Assembly (NCBI RefSeq): GCF_009914755.1
Contig: NC_060926.1
Strand: one strand, 5' to 3'
DNA length: 64,000 nt
Source: the human T2T-CHM13v2.0 reference genome, Homo sapiens
Shown here: one piece after another, positions 26,001 through 39,289 of the stretch
How the letters are laid out: each line of letters opens with the position of its first letter
Numbering within the stretch: position 1 is the first letter of the stretch
The notes under the pieces: model-generated
What the model saw: the letters and a program-made list of their open reading frames with translations, nothing else
Databases searched by the model: none
Told to the model about the DNA's origin: nothing
Translations under genes and position numbers: made by a program

Positions 26001-27542
26001 TGGACAAGAATGGATCCATCAGTCGCACAATATCATAAATGTACTTAATGCCACTGAATTGTACATTTAAAAATAACAAAATGGTGTATATATCTCCACA
26101 ATTTTTAAAGAGGAGGAAAAAGATGACCTCCTAGGGCATGCTGACCTTTAAAGGTCAGGTACAAGAAGAAGCCCATGAGGAAAGTGGAAAGGAACGGTCA
26201 GAGATAAGAGGGAGATTGGGAGAGTCACAGATGCCAGAGGAATAGAATTTCAAAAACATGCAGGGCAGAGTGGGCGGATGAGTTAGATCATCCCTAAGGT
26301 GCCTACCAGAAATAACAGAATATATAAACTCTGGGAGAGAGAGAATTTAGATCTCTAGGCTTGCCCATCTAGAACTGCTCAGCAGTAATAAAATGGCTTA
26401 AATTTCATCTTTCAAAATAAAAATTGCCCATGCTTTGCCAGTTTTGTCTGGGCAGGAAACAGCTCAGACCAGCTGCTTGGGATGGTTCTAAATTCCACTC
26501 AGAGCCCTGGAATGTGATGCCTCCAAGGCGCCAGTCCTGTGAATCCCTTCCTGGTGCTCACAGAGGGACAGCGGCAGGTGTGCAGAGGCCTCCAGCCTCC
26601 CTCTGCCCAGTGGCTGATGTGCCTCTCCCTCTGCCCTCAGGGTCTCTCCTTGGAGCAGAGTGAAGTGGACATAGTTCCTTGATCTCTGCTGTTTCTCTCT
26701 CACCAGGATTGAGTCTTTGTAATTAGAACAAGCAGATTGCTACTGAAGTCACCAGGTTAGTGGAACAGAGCTGCCCCCGCTAAAGGTCTCTTTCCCTTGA
26801 AGGCACTCCAAAGTGCTTCATAGGCACCCTCACTCTGTACCAGAGAAAGGGGGAGAGAGAGTGGATGGCGGGCCTCTGGGGAGCCTCACATCATCAGCTG
26901 CATCCCCAGGTGCCCCGTGGAGGGGAGAATCCAGAGAAAGACCTTTGCCAGCTCTCAAGAAGCTCTAATGGATCCTCAGCAATTTTCCTGTCCTATTTCT
27001 GGCAGAGAAAGCTAATATCTCTTCATTGTGGCAGAATCAACCTACTAATTCATTCTTTCATGTTAAATGCTTACAAGATAGTCTAACCGTGTGAAAGCAT
27101 CCAAGTATCTTCAGTGGCCTCAGTGATTCAGTGTTGCTACTCAGAATCTGCACAACCTAGCAAAGACTGTAGAACTACAGCAAACCCACCAGCCACCAGA
27201 GAGGCTTCTGATAACCTCTTCCTTCAGAAATTGACCATACTGTTGTTGTAGAAATATAATTGTTGTAGTTACTCGGACCTATCCTGGGGTTAGTTAAAAT
27301 AGAGATATTGGGGTCACTGTCGTGGGGGCAATAAAGCATGCCTCTTTCCTGCCTTGATTGTGAATAAACTGAAAAATGAGGCCAAAAAATGATACATGAA
27401 AACCTCAGCATTGCCTTTATTACTGTGAGTTGGAGATTTTGGCTGAGTGTGGCAGCAAACAGGCTGGAAACGGAAGCCCAGAGTTAAATAGATTTACCAG
27501 TCTGATGGCAGGCAGGGGGCCTGTCCAGGGAAGATGCACAGC

Positions 27543-27720
27543 CAGAGGCAGAGTTACGGGGGGCTGATTCGCTTAAACTTTAGGGACCCTCACTTGCATG
27601 GGTCCCTGCTAGGCCCTTCTAAGGCCAGGGGAGTAGCCCTTATAATTTTGCATTTGTATTTTTATGTTCTCTTTCTTAAAGAGCCTCCACAAAATTGCAT
27701 CAGGCCCCACAACAGCTGCT
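27543..27720 (+). mobile_element. hAT-Tip100 MITE (MER69A/Arthur-like) overlapping the soluble-isoform acceptor and coding tail
   Basis: cagaggcagagttac...gcttaaactttagggaccctcacttgcatgggtccc...ttctctttcttaaagagcctccacaaaattgcatcaggccccacaac is collinear with the recalled MER69A-type consensus. Confidence 0.7.
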
Positions 27721-27732
27721 TGCATGGAATAG
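27682..27732 (+). CDS. ANTXR1: ANTXR1 alternative terminal exon, coding part, soluble isoform 3 (333 aa): SLHKIASGPTTAACME*
   Basis: Pyrimidine tract ttctctttcttaaag|AGC CTC CAC ... GAA TAG in phase 0 with the 6999 donor; peptide matches the recalled C-terminus of the secreted TEM8 variant (317+16=333 aa). Confidence 0.9.
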   Translation, partial: SLHKIASGPTTAACME

Positions 27733-28765
27733 CAGAGAATACCGCCTGCTCCCTCCGGACAGCACACTCCTGAAAACGGGGAGAGAGGAGCCAAACATGC
27801 TCGGTTTACACTTTCCTTATTTACTGAATGAGTGGAGGGCAGAGACAGGCCTGGAGTTACGCACACTGAGTGCCCCAACATGGAAAGAAACATCAGGAGG
27901 GACAGGAAACGTTCCCTCCTTAACCAACAGTTTTCAAGACCTTACTGGAGGCACTTTATTGGCTACATAATCACTCCATGCGGTGGGCATCAGGCAGAAT
28001 CCTGGTGCAGACCCAACTTTGAGGTGGAGGATTTCACAGTTTCTTTATTTTGAACTTCCCCCAGGCTCCCACTAATTCCTCTCCATTCTATCCTCCTCCC
28101 TTTCCCACAAAAGAAAACAGAAAGGAGCAGCAGTGTTTGATACCGTATCATCCAGAGGCCTGGTTCTCTCCCATTATAGGGCAAACAAGCCCTGGCAAGA
28201 TATTTCACTCCCGCCCCATGCCATGCATTAAAAATCCAAAATTGCCTATATTCCACCTGCCAAGCAAGAGATGCTTTCATTATTGAAGTTCCAAATGTAT
28301 ACCTTTGAGAACAGTGCCTTCTCGTCTTAAAAGAGAGGTCCTCATTTTGTGAGTTGGGAGCAGAGGGAATTAAAGAAAGCCATGATGCAGGGATTTGGCC
28401 ATTCAAGCCGGGCAGCCTTCAGAGAATGTCATCCCTAATGACACATGCCCGAATGAAGGAGCGGGGCTGAGCTTGTCCTGCCTTCGTATTGAATGTTGCC
28501 TGTCTGCCTCCTTAATAGCGGGCCTCTGTGTGAGCATTTGACAAGACTTAAAACTATTCATTGAAGAAAATGGATGATCCCCCAACAGGAAGATGCAACC
28601 CCATGGGCTGCCTGCTTGACCACAGAAGTGCTTCCAGCTCCAGTTGCTCATCTGAGAACTCCCCCCACCACTTGCTGTTAAAATTGTTAAAATTAAAGGC
28701 CATGTTGATTGATTTTTTAAACTTTATTTCCATTTTTTTTAATAAAATAAGAATTGGACTTGGGT
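27733..28765 (+). other. ANTXR1: 3'UTR of the soluble ANTXR1 isoform
   Basis: Largely repeat-free sequence after the TAG ending near AATAAA at 28741-28746, with a T-rich run upstream and GT-rich sequence downstream; cleavage site approximate. Confidence 0.7.
28741..28746 (+). terminator. Polyadenylation signal AATAAA (soluble isoform)
   Basis: catttttttt AATAAA ataagaattggacttgggttg. Confidence 0.7.
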
Positions 28766-31700
28766 TGATACTTAGGCTATTGAGAAAATAACATTGGTAA
28801 GACTCCACGTGTGGCTGTTTGCTGTTTCTCCCCCTCTGGAATCTTTTTCAAAGGTTTGTGGTGAACTACATGCAGGGGCTACCTGGTAAGGGCAGGTGGC
28901 ACTGCCAAGGGCAGCAAACACTGAGAGTCTGCTGGGCTGGACAGGTCAGCTTCCGCTGTCATCTGCGTCATAAAGTCAGGTCCATGCAGGTCCCCACTCC
29001 AGATTCCCCCTGCCCAATGTGGACTCTCAGAAGGATCATGGAGAATGAGTCTGAACTTGTGAGTCAGGGAGCACCCATTCTCAGAAGCTACCTTGCACCC
29101 TGCCAGCTCTCATCTGAGATGAGGCCTGGGCAGGCACAACTCCGCGAGGGGGACCTCTGGCCCAGATGGTCCCACTTAGTTCCAGAGTGGTATCTATGTG
29201 GCCCTATGGTCTCACCTGTCCTGGCCACCCTTTCCCCTGGTGAAGAGGGAGGACAGAGGCCAAGCTCACACACCAGTCCCGAGTTAGGCTGTGAGCAGCA
29301 GTCCCGACCCTCCTGGGGTGCAATCCGGGAAGGAGATCTTGGAAGCAGGTGGCAGTTAGCACGGAGTATGCCAACAGACAGTGAATCAGGGGCACAGGAG
29401 GGCAGCATGGAGGCCAGAGGCCAAGGAGTCGAGGCAGTCTGCCCCAGAGCAAAACAGTGCAGAGCGGAGCCAGGCTCTATGGGGGTCAGGCTATGCCATG
29501 TGAGCCCTGCTGCATTCTACATGCCTCCCAGCCACTGGCAAAGCCTGTTCCTTAGCACCTGAGTGTCTTCATCTTGGAACGTGGTAAAGATGGAAAAGGA
29601 CTGATTTAGCATAACCGAACTATTTTGTGAATGAAGCAAATACTATTTACTAAATAATGCAGATGTGCATCTACTTCTATTCTAATATTGATATACATTC
29701 AACAGGTAACTAGAGCCTTTCTCACATTAGCTGTTAATCCCCCTTCACAAGGTAGTTGATTAAGACTCCAAGCCAAGAATCTAAAGGGAAGACAGCCTCT
29801 GCCATGGTCCCCCTCCCTCTCTGACTTTCCTCTGAAGTCCATGTTCACCCATGCTATGTGCACATCCACACTGGGCCATGTAAGTGAACTGCTTCTGTCA
29901 GAGTGGAAGGAGCAACTGCAAACATGGTCTCAACTTCTGTTGCATCTGCTTAGTCTTTAAAGTATAGATATTTCTTAACTAAATTGTTATAAATCTGAAG
30001 TTATAGTGTAATGGTTAAGTGTGCATGTTGGGGGTCAAGGTTCTAAAATTAGACCACATGGATTCAAATCCCAGTTTTGTAACATTAACATTGTGAACAT
30101 ATAAAAATAAATATGTCTGTGGGTGGTATGTGGAGGTCTTGAGTGAGTTACATATCTTCACTGAGTCTCAGTTTTCCTTACCTGCAAAAGGGGGTAACAG
30201 TTCCTACAAGGCTGTTTTACCGAGGCTCACTGAATTAAATGAGAGAATGCATAGATAGCACTGAGCACGGTGGTTAGCTGTTGTTAAGTAAGTTAGCATT
30301 GGACACAGCCGTAAAAATGCAGGCGTTTCAAGAGTGACCTCGGGAAATGACACTGCCCAGAAGAATTGGGCAGAATTGCAGCTGTCCTCCACCTGGGTCT
30401 TCTATTCTGAATCTTTCCCTCCTCCAGTCCATACTCTCCAGTGTCAACAGCATTTGCTTTCCAAGAAGCAAATCTGATCACGATGCCCCAGTGTCACTGG
30501 GTTAAAGCCACTAAGGGTTCCCCTGGGCTCAGGATAGAAGCCACACTCCTCAGCCTGGCTTGTGTGTCCTCCCACAGTGGGGACCCCACCTCCTTTCCAC
30601 CCGCACTCATGCTGTGCTCCCAGCATGTGGACCTCCACTGCCCCTGCCCTACCCCAGGGACTTGTGCTTGCCTTTTTGTGCGGGAATGCTGACACCTCCT
30701 TGGCCCTGCTCTGCAGAGTGTCACCTCCTCGGTGAAGTGCTAGTTCCCAGACACTCGGCTCTTCAGCACTTGGCTACTTGCTGAGAACAATAGCCCGCTG
30801 GTCTGCTGGGAGCTATGGAACCAAACTGCCCACGTTTAAATTCTGGCTTCTCCACGTGGCTGTCAGCAAGTTTGTCCATCTCTCCTTGCCTTGGTATTTT
30901 TAGTGAGATGAGAAAGAGAATATTATTGAATTCACAAGATTGTTAATGAGAATTAAATGAGTTAGCGTAAGGAAAGCATGTTAGTACATAGAACACTGCT
31001 TGGCACACAGTAAATGCTCAGTGAATGTCCGCTGTGCTAACAACAATGTTATTACCATCATTGTCATTATTCTTATTCCACCAAAATGTAAGCTCTTTAA
31101 GAATAAAGACTGCCTATTTTGTTCACTACCTGACACAAAAGGTACAGGATATACAGCTGTTGAGTAACACGTTGACCACTGCATGTGGTTAATTGTTTAT
31201 ACGAATGCCCAAGCCCCATCAGCCAGCAGAACACAAGCATCTTGACTAGCCAATCAATCCTGTATTTCCTGGTTCTGCTCAATGGGGAAATAATAGACCC
31301 TCAATAAACGTTTGCTGAATGAATAAATGAATGAACCTCTGAGGTTGCACGTACACGTTATCTCCTTCTAAAACATCAGCTTTAGCTCTAAGTTTATCAA
31401 AAACTCATGCCCTTCATTCTTTTAAACTGGATATCCAGGGGCTTCTGGAAGATCTCAAAAAACAGACAGTGCATTCGGGGGCTTTATCCCAGAGCAGTCT
31501 TCAGAGGAGGATAAAGTTCCTCAAGAAGTGTCTGCCCCTGTGCATTTCCACCCACCAGGACCCCCTTTCCTGCACCTCTCCCCTTCCTGAGCCCCCCGGC
31601 TGTCCTCCACCACAGCCAGAGGGAACTGGGCCTCATTAGGGGGACAGTTTGTTCCTCATTAGGGGCACCAAGCTTGGCTGGAGAAAAGCCAGCTATCACT

Positions 31701-33092
31701 TTATCCAAAGCCAGGAAATCTCCCAGTATGGAAGCCCCCTCTCTCCCATTCTGCACCAAGTCCTTCATTCTCGCTACTTCACGGAAAACCTTCCTCTAGA
31801 AGGAAGTAAAAAAATTCCCCCAAAATATATCAGCCCTTCTGCTTTAGTTCATCTACCTAAAGTGAAAAAATAAAACCAGGGAGAGGGGAAATTGTGTATA
31901 ATGTGAATAAACGTAGTCTGTAGACTTTATTGAAGTACTGCTGTTTTGTAAGCCTCTTACTGACCAGAACCACTTATTATTCCAAATGCACATAGATTTA
32001 TGATCTGAAATGCTCACCATGTTTTTTACCCTGGAGAACTAGAGGGAGAGCGAGTTCCAGCTCAGTGTTTGACAAGATAGCTTACATCATTTTATCCCCA
32101 CGTCAATGCAGTGAGGCAAGTGAGGTTTATTATCTTCCTGTTATGAATGTGGGCTGTAGAGACTGAGAGATTAAGAGGGTTGTCCTTGGCCAGCCCTAAG
32201 TTTGGAGAAAACATGTAATTTCATTCTGTCACTACTGAGCCCATCGCTCTCTGCCATCACCCATGTATAAATGTTGCAGCCCAGAGCATCCCGTCGGCCA
32301 TGGCATGTCCATCGTCTGGCCCCTGTGCTCTCTTCCCTCCCCCAACTACCCCTGGGCTGCCCAGCCCTGCACCGGCACTTGTGAGGCTGCAGCTCCCCTG
32401 GGGGCAGTCTGGCATTCCCAAGCTCTGGCTAGGGACCAGAGGTGTTTAGTTCCCTGGCTTTTTGGTCAGAGACATTCCAGGGAGTTTCAGCAAGTAAGAG
32501 CTGCCTTTAAACAGCTTCCAGCAGCCCCTGCTGAGCACTCAGAGTGGGAGTGAGCCACATCCCAGCTCTGCTATTCACCTGCTGTGTTACCCTGAACAGA
32601 CCACCCAGCCTCCCTTCCCTGTAATGGAGAAGAGGGAGCAGCTTTGAGAATCTGATAGTGCTGTGAACAGTCTCCCCTGAAGACACTTGCACTAAACATC
32701 ACAGGTGTCATTTCAGGAGGGTCACAGTGTCCATCCATTGAGCCCACCTGGGTACCCCATAGATCCCCTGCCCCTGGATAAGAATCCCTGGGCCCAGTGA
32801 GCTCTAACACCAAAGTGGGAAGCCCCCAGATACAGATTTTTTTAAAGGAAACTTCAGTAGTTTATTTTCTCACTATGAAAGAAAGAAAATAGATTTTAAA
32901 AGGAAAATTACTATAAAACCACTACCAGTAAAATTACTATTAATAATTTAGTAAATATAAATTTAAAAATTTAGTAAATATCAGACAGTCTTTATGTCTC
33001 TCTCACTCTTGACATACATATACATAAATCCATTATACCAGGAGTGTTTTGTCATCTTATTTAAATATCATTTAAATATTATTTGACAATAT

Positions 33093-33400
33093 GGCTGGGC
33101 AGAATGGCTCACACCTATAGTCCCAGCAGAGTGGGAGGCCAAGGCAGAAGAATCACATGAGCCCAGGAGTTCAAGACAAGCCTGGACAACAAAGTGAGAC
33201 TCCATCTCTACAAAAAACAAAAAAAAATAATTAGCCAGGCATGGTCACATGCACCTGCAGTCTCAGCTACCCAGGAGGCTGAGATGGGTGGATGCCTTGA
33301 GCCCAGGAGTTCAAGGCTGCAGTGAGCTATGATCACACCACTACACTCCAACCCAAGTGACAGAGTGAGACCCTGTCACAAAAAATATGAATAAATAAAA
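33093..33400 (+). mobile_element. AluJ SINE
   Basis: Full Alu; TSD attatttgacaat. Confidence 0.92.
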
Positions 33401-33542
33401 TTATTTGACAATGTAATGTCTACATAGTAACCGATTGCGTAGTAATTCTGTAATGCATTATTTAACTTTCCCCAATTGTTAACCATTTATGTTTTCATTA
33501 TTATTATTATTATTATCTGTACAAACATATCTGATTATTTTC

Positions 33543-33609
33543 TTTTTTTTTTTTTTTTTTTTTTTGAGACGGAGTCTCGCTCTGTCGCCCAGGCTGGAGT
33601 GCAGTGGTG
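33543..33609 (-). mobile_element. Severely 5'-truncated young Alu (AluY-like)
   Basis: Pure T-run plus gagacggagtctcgctctgtcgcccaggctggagtgcagtgg; TSD TGATTATTTTCTT at 33532 and 33608. Confidence 0.9.
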
Positions 33610-34437
33610 ATTATTTTCTTAGACTAAAAGTGGAATAGCCAGTTCTATGCAGAAGGAAGCTTTTGATACCTATCACAATTTGCCCCCTCTCTCCTAGAAA
33701 GATTTGCTGATTTGCACTCCCAGTAGCTGTAGGGAGGCAGGGTGGAGGGGACTTAGACCCGTGTTCCTAAGCAGCTTCCTTGAACCAGCAACTCAGAATG
33801 TTGACACCAAGTGGGGTCTCTGTTTGCTAAAAGTTAGACATCGCAGTCCACAGAAACTGTGTCTAGGACTGGCCTCGCCACATTTTTAGGTGGGTAAAAC
33901 TGGTCTTCAGTGCCTTCCTCCCTCCCTCATTCCCATGTAGCCACTTGATCTGACTGTAGCCCCTCGCCTCCCAGGTTCAGCAGCCGTTGCTCTGCCCCCA
34001 CCCCCTGGATTCACAGACCCTACAAGGCATCCCATCAGCAGGCTCTAGACTTTCCATCCACAGCTTTATGAATCTGTTACATGCACCTGTGTGAATGGGT
34101 TCAGGGGAGCAGGCTGAATTCAGAGTACAATGGTCCTGAGTCAGCCCAGGCAGAGACTGGGACATCAGACCCAGTGAGGAGGCTGTCACCAGGCAGGGGA
34201 TGGTGTTCCAGGGGGCCAGATGAGCAGTGGAAGTCCATGTTCATGCCTGCTCTGTCTCTTATGCAGTTGGTCTTTCAAAATGTTCCTCAAAGGGAAGAAC
34301 AGGGCCTCTCTGAAAAGATAAATTCATTTCCCTTGAAAATTGGCTAAACAGAGTGTGTTGCAGGGCCATGAGCCCCAGAATGATGGGCAGAGTTTCAACC
34401 ATTTGCTTGGCAAACTGTGCTGCTCTCTGAGCCTTAA

Positions 34438-34683
<246 letters not shown>

Positions 34684-37600
34684 TAGAGAGAAAGGGATTT
34701 TTAAAAAACTAAAGATGGGAGACAAATCTTGCATTTTTTATACAATTTATACAAAATTGATGTGAACTGACATTGATCAATGGAACCATGAGTCACCAGC
34801 AGTCAGTATGAGTTAGGGTGTGAGATTGCCAATGGCCGTGCCCCTTGGGTGGGGCAACTGGGGTGGCCGCTTTAGTTCTGGTGCTTAGGGAAGATCCACA
34901 GGACAACACAAATGATGAGTGTTATTCGACATGTAATGAACATATATGCCTCTGTGTACGGTACACACACATACACACATACACATTTGTTGAGTTGCCC
35001 AACCTATACTCTTCTAAGGCCACCCTGGTCTTAGTAACTAGTCTACCTATCTGAGAAAGTGTCTCTGGCCTGACCTCTTTATTTTCAACAATGAAGAATG
35101 GCATTTACCTTTATTCATTGATTTTGGCAACTTTTATAGGACACACCTACTGTGTGACCAGCACTGGGCTAAGCACTTTGGCTACAAGATCAATAAAAAC
35201 CTGCCTCCTCCCCATCAGTGTCATATGGAGTCATCACATGACAATGTCTCCCCAGAATAGCTTAGGGCCTGGAATAATCCACCCTGACGATAATCCCAAA
35301 TGGTAAATGTCTGGCTGTCAATTTCTGTTCCCTGGCCCTTAGACTGGGAGAAGTCCAAACAAAGTAATAGCCAAATAAAGAAAAAAAAACATTCCCTGTG
35401 ACATGTCTATTTCTAGCCTGTGCCCTGCCTTTCAACAAATCAGTGTGTGCTGTGAAGCCCATGAATGTGAAGTGGCCACTGCTCCACTGCCATGGCATCT
35501 TCATTTCCTGTATTTTAGTTCTTCCATGGAAGGGCCGGCAAGGCACAATAGACAGTGAGCCTCTCCAGGACAGGGACTCATCTTCATTTTCCCTCTGAAA
35601 CTTCAGCATTTAGCACACAGTGTGAGGGAGTTCACATCTGTGTGTACAGCTCAACTGAACCAAGACCACAGAGAGACAGAGCACTGGACTTGAAAAGCAA
35701 GGGGAAATGGCTTCGGATGACATGTTAAAGAGGTGGCAAATGAGTGAGATGGGAAGCTCAACCAGGATGTGGACCATATGGCAGGGACTTCTGGAAAGGG
35801 TTGACTTGCAGCAGACAAGTATGGAAGGAGAGACCCAGGACAGGCACAAGTCTTGGGTTAATTAGGACCCTGCAGGCTGGGCTGGACTTCACCAAGATTT
35901 TAAACAGATTCTTACCAGAGCAGCTCCAAGAGTTAAATGTTGTTTTAAACATTTAAGGCTGCAAAACCATTTTATTTTGAGGGTAAAAAATCCTCATGAG
36001 TCAGCCCAAGTGCTTTCTATGGAGATTCAAAAACAAGCACATTTTCAAGTCTAGAAAAAGAAAAGAAAAACCTTACAGTGGGTTCTTAAAGAAGAGTCGG
36101 CAGGCCTGGTAGCAGCAGGCAGTGAACACTATTATAGTTCCTTTGATTATTTACAGTTACCTCTGGGTGAGGACAGCTAGGAACATTAGAACAGCCAAGC
36201 AGTGCTCCACCAAATACTGGCTGTGTGACCTTGGGCAAGTTTCTTCACCTCTCTCTCAGTTTCCTCATTGGTATAATGAGGACAATAAGAGCTCCCACCT
36301 CATCGTTAGATGGTGAAGACTATAAAGGAGTGTATATATATGTGCTTAGAAAGCACCTAACACATAGTAACTGCTGTATATTATTATTATTTAAAAGTAT
36401 TTTACTGTAATAGGAATCTATTATGATACTGGATGGCATTCAGTTTATATTCTTTGGAAATGTTTCTCAAAATAAACCTTTTGTTATTGGAAGCAATGTC
36501 ACCCAAGGCCAAATTGAGTTTTGCAATATTCAAAATATTTTTCAATGAATTTATCTGGTTAAGTCCCTGTTGCTTTGGAAGGCAGCCAAAATGTCTTAAT
36601 GTGGTCTGACTTTGTAAGTCGTGAAGGATTTCTTTATGAGGGTTGATCTTCGGGATTCATTTTCCTGTTTATGATGTCTATTTAAGCTGCCTCCTCTCAC
36701 TCTTTCTGAAAGCTGGCTTGGGCTCCAGTGCTTGGTCTGCCCCCTAAAACTACTTGCTGATCACTTGCTTCCTTGATGAGGGGTGATGCTCCAGAGCAGG
36801 GCAGATTAAGGTCATATGTTTCCTAAACAGTATACTCAGGAATGAAGGCAAACATGGGCCTCCCATCAGAGTTTCATTCAGAGGACACAGGGAAGTTTCT
36901 CTCCCGAGATACAGCACCCCTCACCACAGTCCCCAGATTAATAGAGGGCATTCTTGTAAACAATGGTCCTCAAACCTTCCTCTGTCACTCTTCCTGCATC
37001 TACCCCAAGGGTGGGGAATGCCCCTCAACCTACTAGCAGAGCCGCATCTCCGTGCTGGAGGAAAAGCCAGAAAGCAGAAAAGACCTAAAAAACGTGGGGT
37101 ACGTGTCTGCCGTGTGCCTTCTCCTTCCTGCTGCAATCTTTTCTTTAGGAGTGATACTCAAAATATTTAACAACCTGCAAGGCCCCCACCCCCGCTGAGC
37201 CACACATTAACCCACAGTGGCTGGGTATGTGAAGGGGTGGGGGATGAAGTCCTGCAGGGTGGCTGGGTAGGAGAGCAGGCCCAGTTACTAGCTACAAAGG
37301 CCAGTTTTAGATGTACTGGCCAGGATGAGCAGACCAGGCACAGGGGCTGCTATCAGGCCTGCCTCTGCTCAGCATCCTCCTGCTTCCTGCTGGTCCTGTC
37401 TGGAAGAAGAAACCTGATGGGTGAGGGTGACAGATGATGCCTACCCACTGCACTTGGCCTTTCCCTAAGGACCCCACTCCCCCATTTGGGCTCTTAACTT
37501 CCAGCCAAATGGAACCTGAATTAACTTGTTGCCAGCCTGCCAGATGTAATCTACCAGTAATGACTGATGGGGAGAGAGAAAACTGACCATATCCTGAATC

Positions 37601-38823
37601 AAACCTTTAGTGTTTCCCAGCTTGTTCCTCAGTATCGCCAGGTGGACCTCTGGCTTTTAAGATTCCTATACCTATTCATTGGCACAAAACACCCACCTTG
37701 AAGGGGAGAGAGGTATTGGACTATGCACACTGGGCTTATTCGCATTTTCAAATAGGTAATTCAAGGGGTTAATATTTTCCCAAATAATAATAATAATAAA
37801 GTCCTGCCTCAGTTCCACAAGGGACATTTCCAGAACCCTTCAAGTCACGCCATGCCCACTCCAGCTACTCATAAGTTTGGTCCGATATTATTGAAATCTC
37901 AAAATTGAACTTTAAAAAGAGGAAGACTAGGAAATCTAAAACAGAAAAGGATCATTTTTTTAAAAAAAGTTGCAATGTATTAGACGAGTAAATGTTATGA
38001 ATGGCTTGAATGTGTAGGGGGGAAAGTCATCAATGAATCAGTGACATTAGGGCACTAAAAAGTTGTAGAAAATGCAGGTATCCCTGAGAGTCTCCCCTCA
38101 CCCCAGCCAAGAGCCAATGCCCTGATGGGAGCCTGCAGCCCAGGTAGGGGGTGGCTTTATGTATACAGAGAAAGGCCATCGTATCCTGCCTAAATTTCAG
38201 CAGGTAGCAAGACACTGGAGGATTCCGATTAGCAATGGGGACTGGCTGCCCCAAATGAGAAATCTGGAGTATCGAAGAAATCCCTGTTGGGGCTCTCAGT
38301 TTCATGACTCCATGTTGACACTCTGATAAACACCCCAATTCCCGATCTCCCCTCTGTCCCTATACCTACACCTTCCCGGTGGTGTGTGTTCTCCCCTCCC
38401 GCTCCCAAGATATCAGTCACCTCAGAAGAGAGCAGCCCAGCTTGCTGATGGGGCCACTGCACATTTATGAGGGCTTCAGCACTCATACTTTAGCAAACTG
38501 CTAACTTACCTCTATGGATAAGAACTCCTCCCAAACTGCAACCGTTTCTCTGAAGTTCCCTGTACTACCTCTGGCTGTCTCATATTCAGTAGACAACCTG
38601 CTGTTCTATCTCCGTGAGAAAACAGAAGCTGTGCTGTCAGAAATCCTTGCACTCCAGCACCCTCATATGTGCATCCTCCTCCAGCATCCCTCTCCCTCCC
38701 TTTCCACAGAAGTTCTTCGTTTCTTCCTTTCTCACCCAGCATCTTCCTCCTTTCCTTTCCACTGGCTTCCTCCCTCTGCCTACAAACATACGCCAGCCAC
38801 CTTCATCCTTTAAAAAATGTGTC

Positions 38824-39288
38824 TATGTTAATCTGTCCTCACACTACTACAAAGACATATACCTGAGACTGGGTAATTTATAAAGAAAAGAGGTTCAATT
38901 GGCTCACAGTTCTGCAGGCTGTACAGGAAGCATACTAGCTTCTGCCTCTGGGGAGGCCTCAGGAAGGTTCCAGTCATGGCTGATGGCAGAGGGGGAGCGA
39001 GGCATCTCACATGGTGGGAGCAGGAGGAAGAGAAGAACGAGGTGGGAGGTGCCACACACTTTTCAACAACCGGATCTCAGGAAAACTCACTATCACAAGA
39101 ACAGCACCAAAGGGATGATGCTAAGCCATTCACGAGAAACCCCACCGCCATGATCCAATCACTTGATGGATCAGGTGATGACTGATGGCTGCAATCAGCC
39201 AATCACCTCCCACTAGGCCCCTCCTCCAACATTGGGGATCACAACTCGACGTGAGATTTGCGTGGGAACACGGATCCAACCCATGTTA
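38824..39288 (-). mobile_element. ERVL-MaLR solo LTR (MST family)
   Basis: tacctgagactgggtaatttataaagaaaagagg...ggctcacagttctgcaggctgtacaggaagcat...ccatgatccaatcac are MST hallmarks. Confidence 0.9.
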
Positions 39289-39289
39289 A

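Noticed and set aside
27990-28406. 138-aa antisense ORF
   Set aside because: Lies opposite the isoform-3 3'UTR with no recognisable homology or supporting gene structure.
28819-29562. Longest ORF in the track (247 aa, + strand)
   Set aside because: Starts at TTG, shows no recognisable domain and has the composition of a chance GC-rich ORF downstream of the isoform-3 polyA site.
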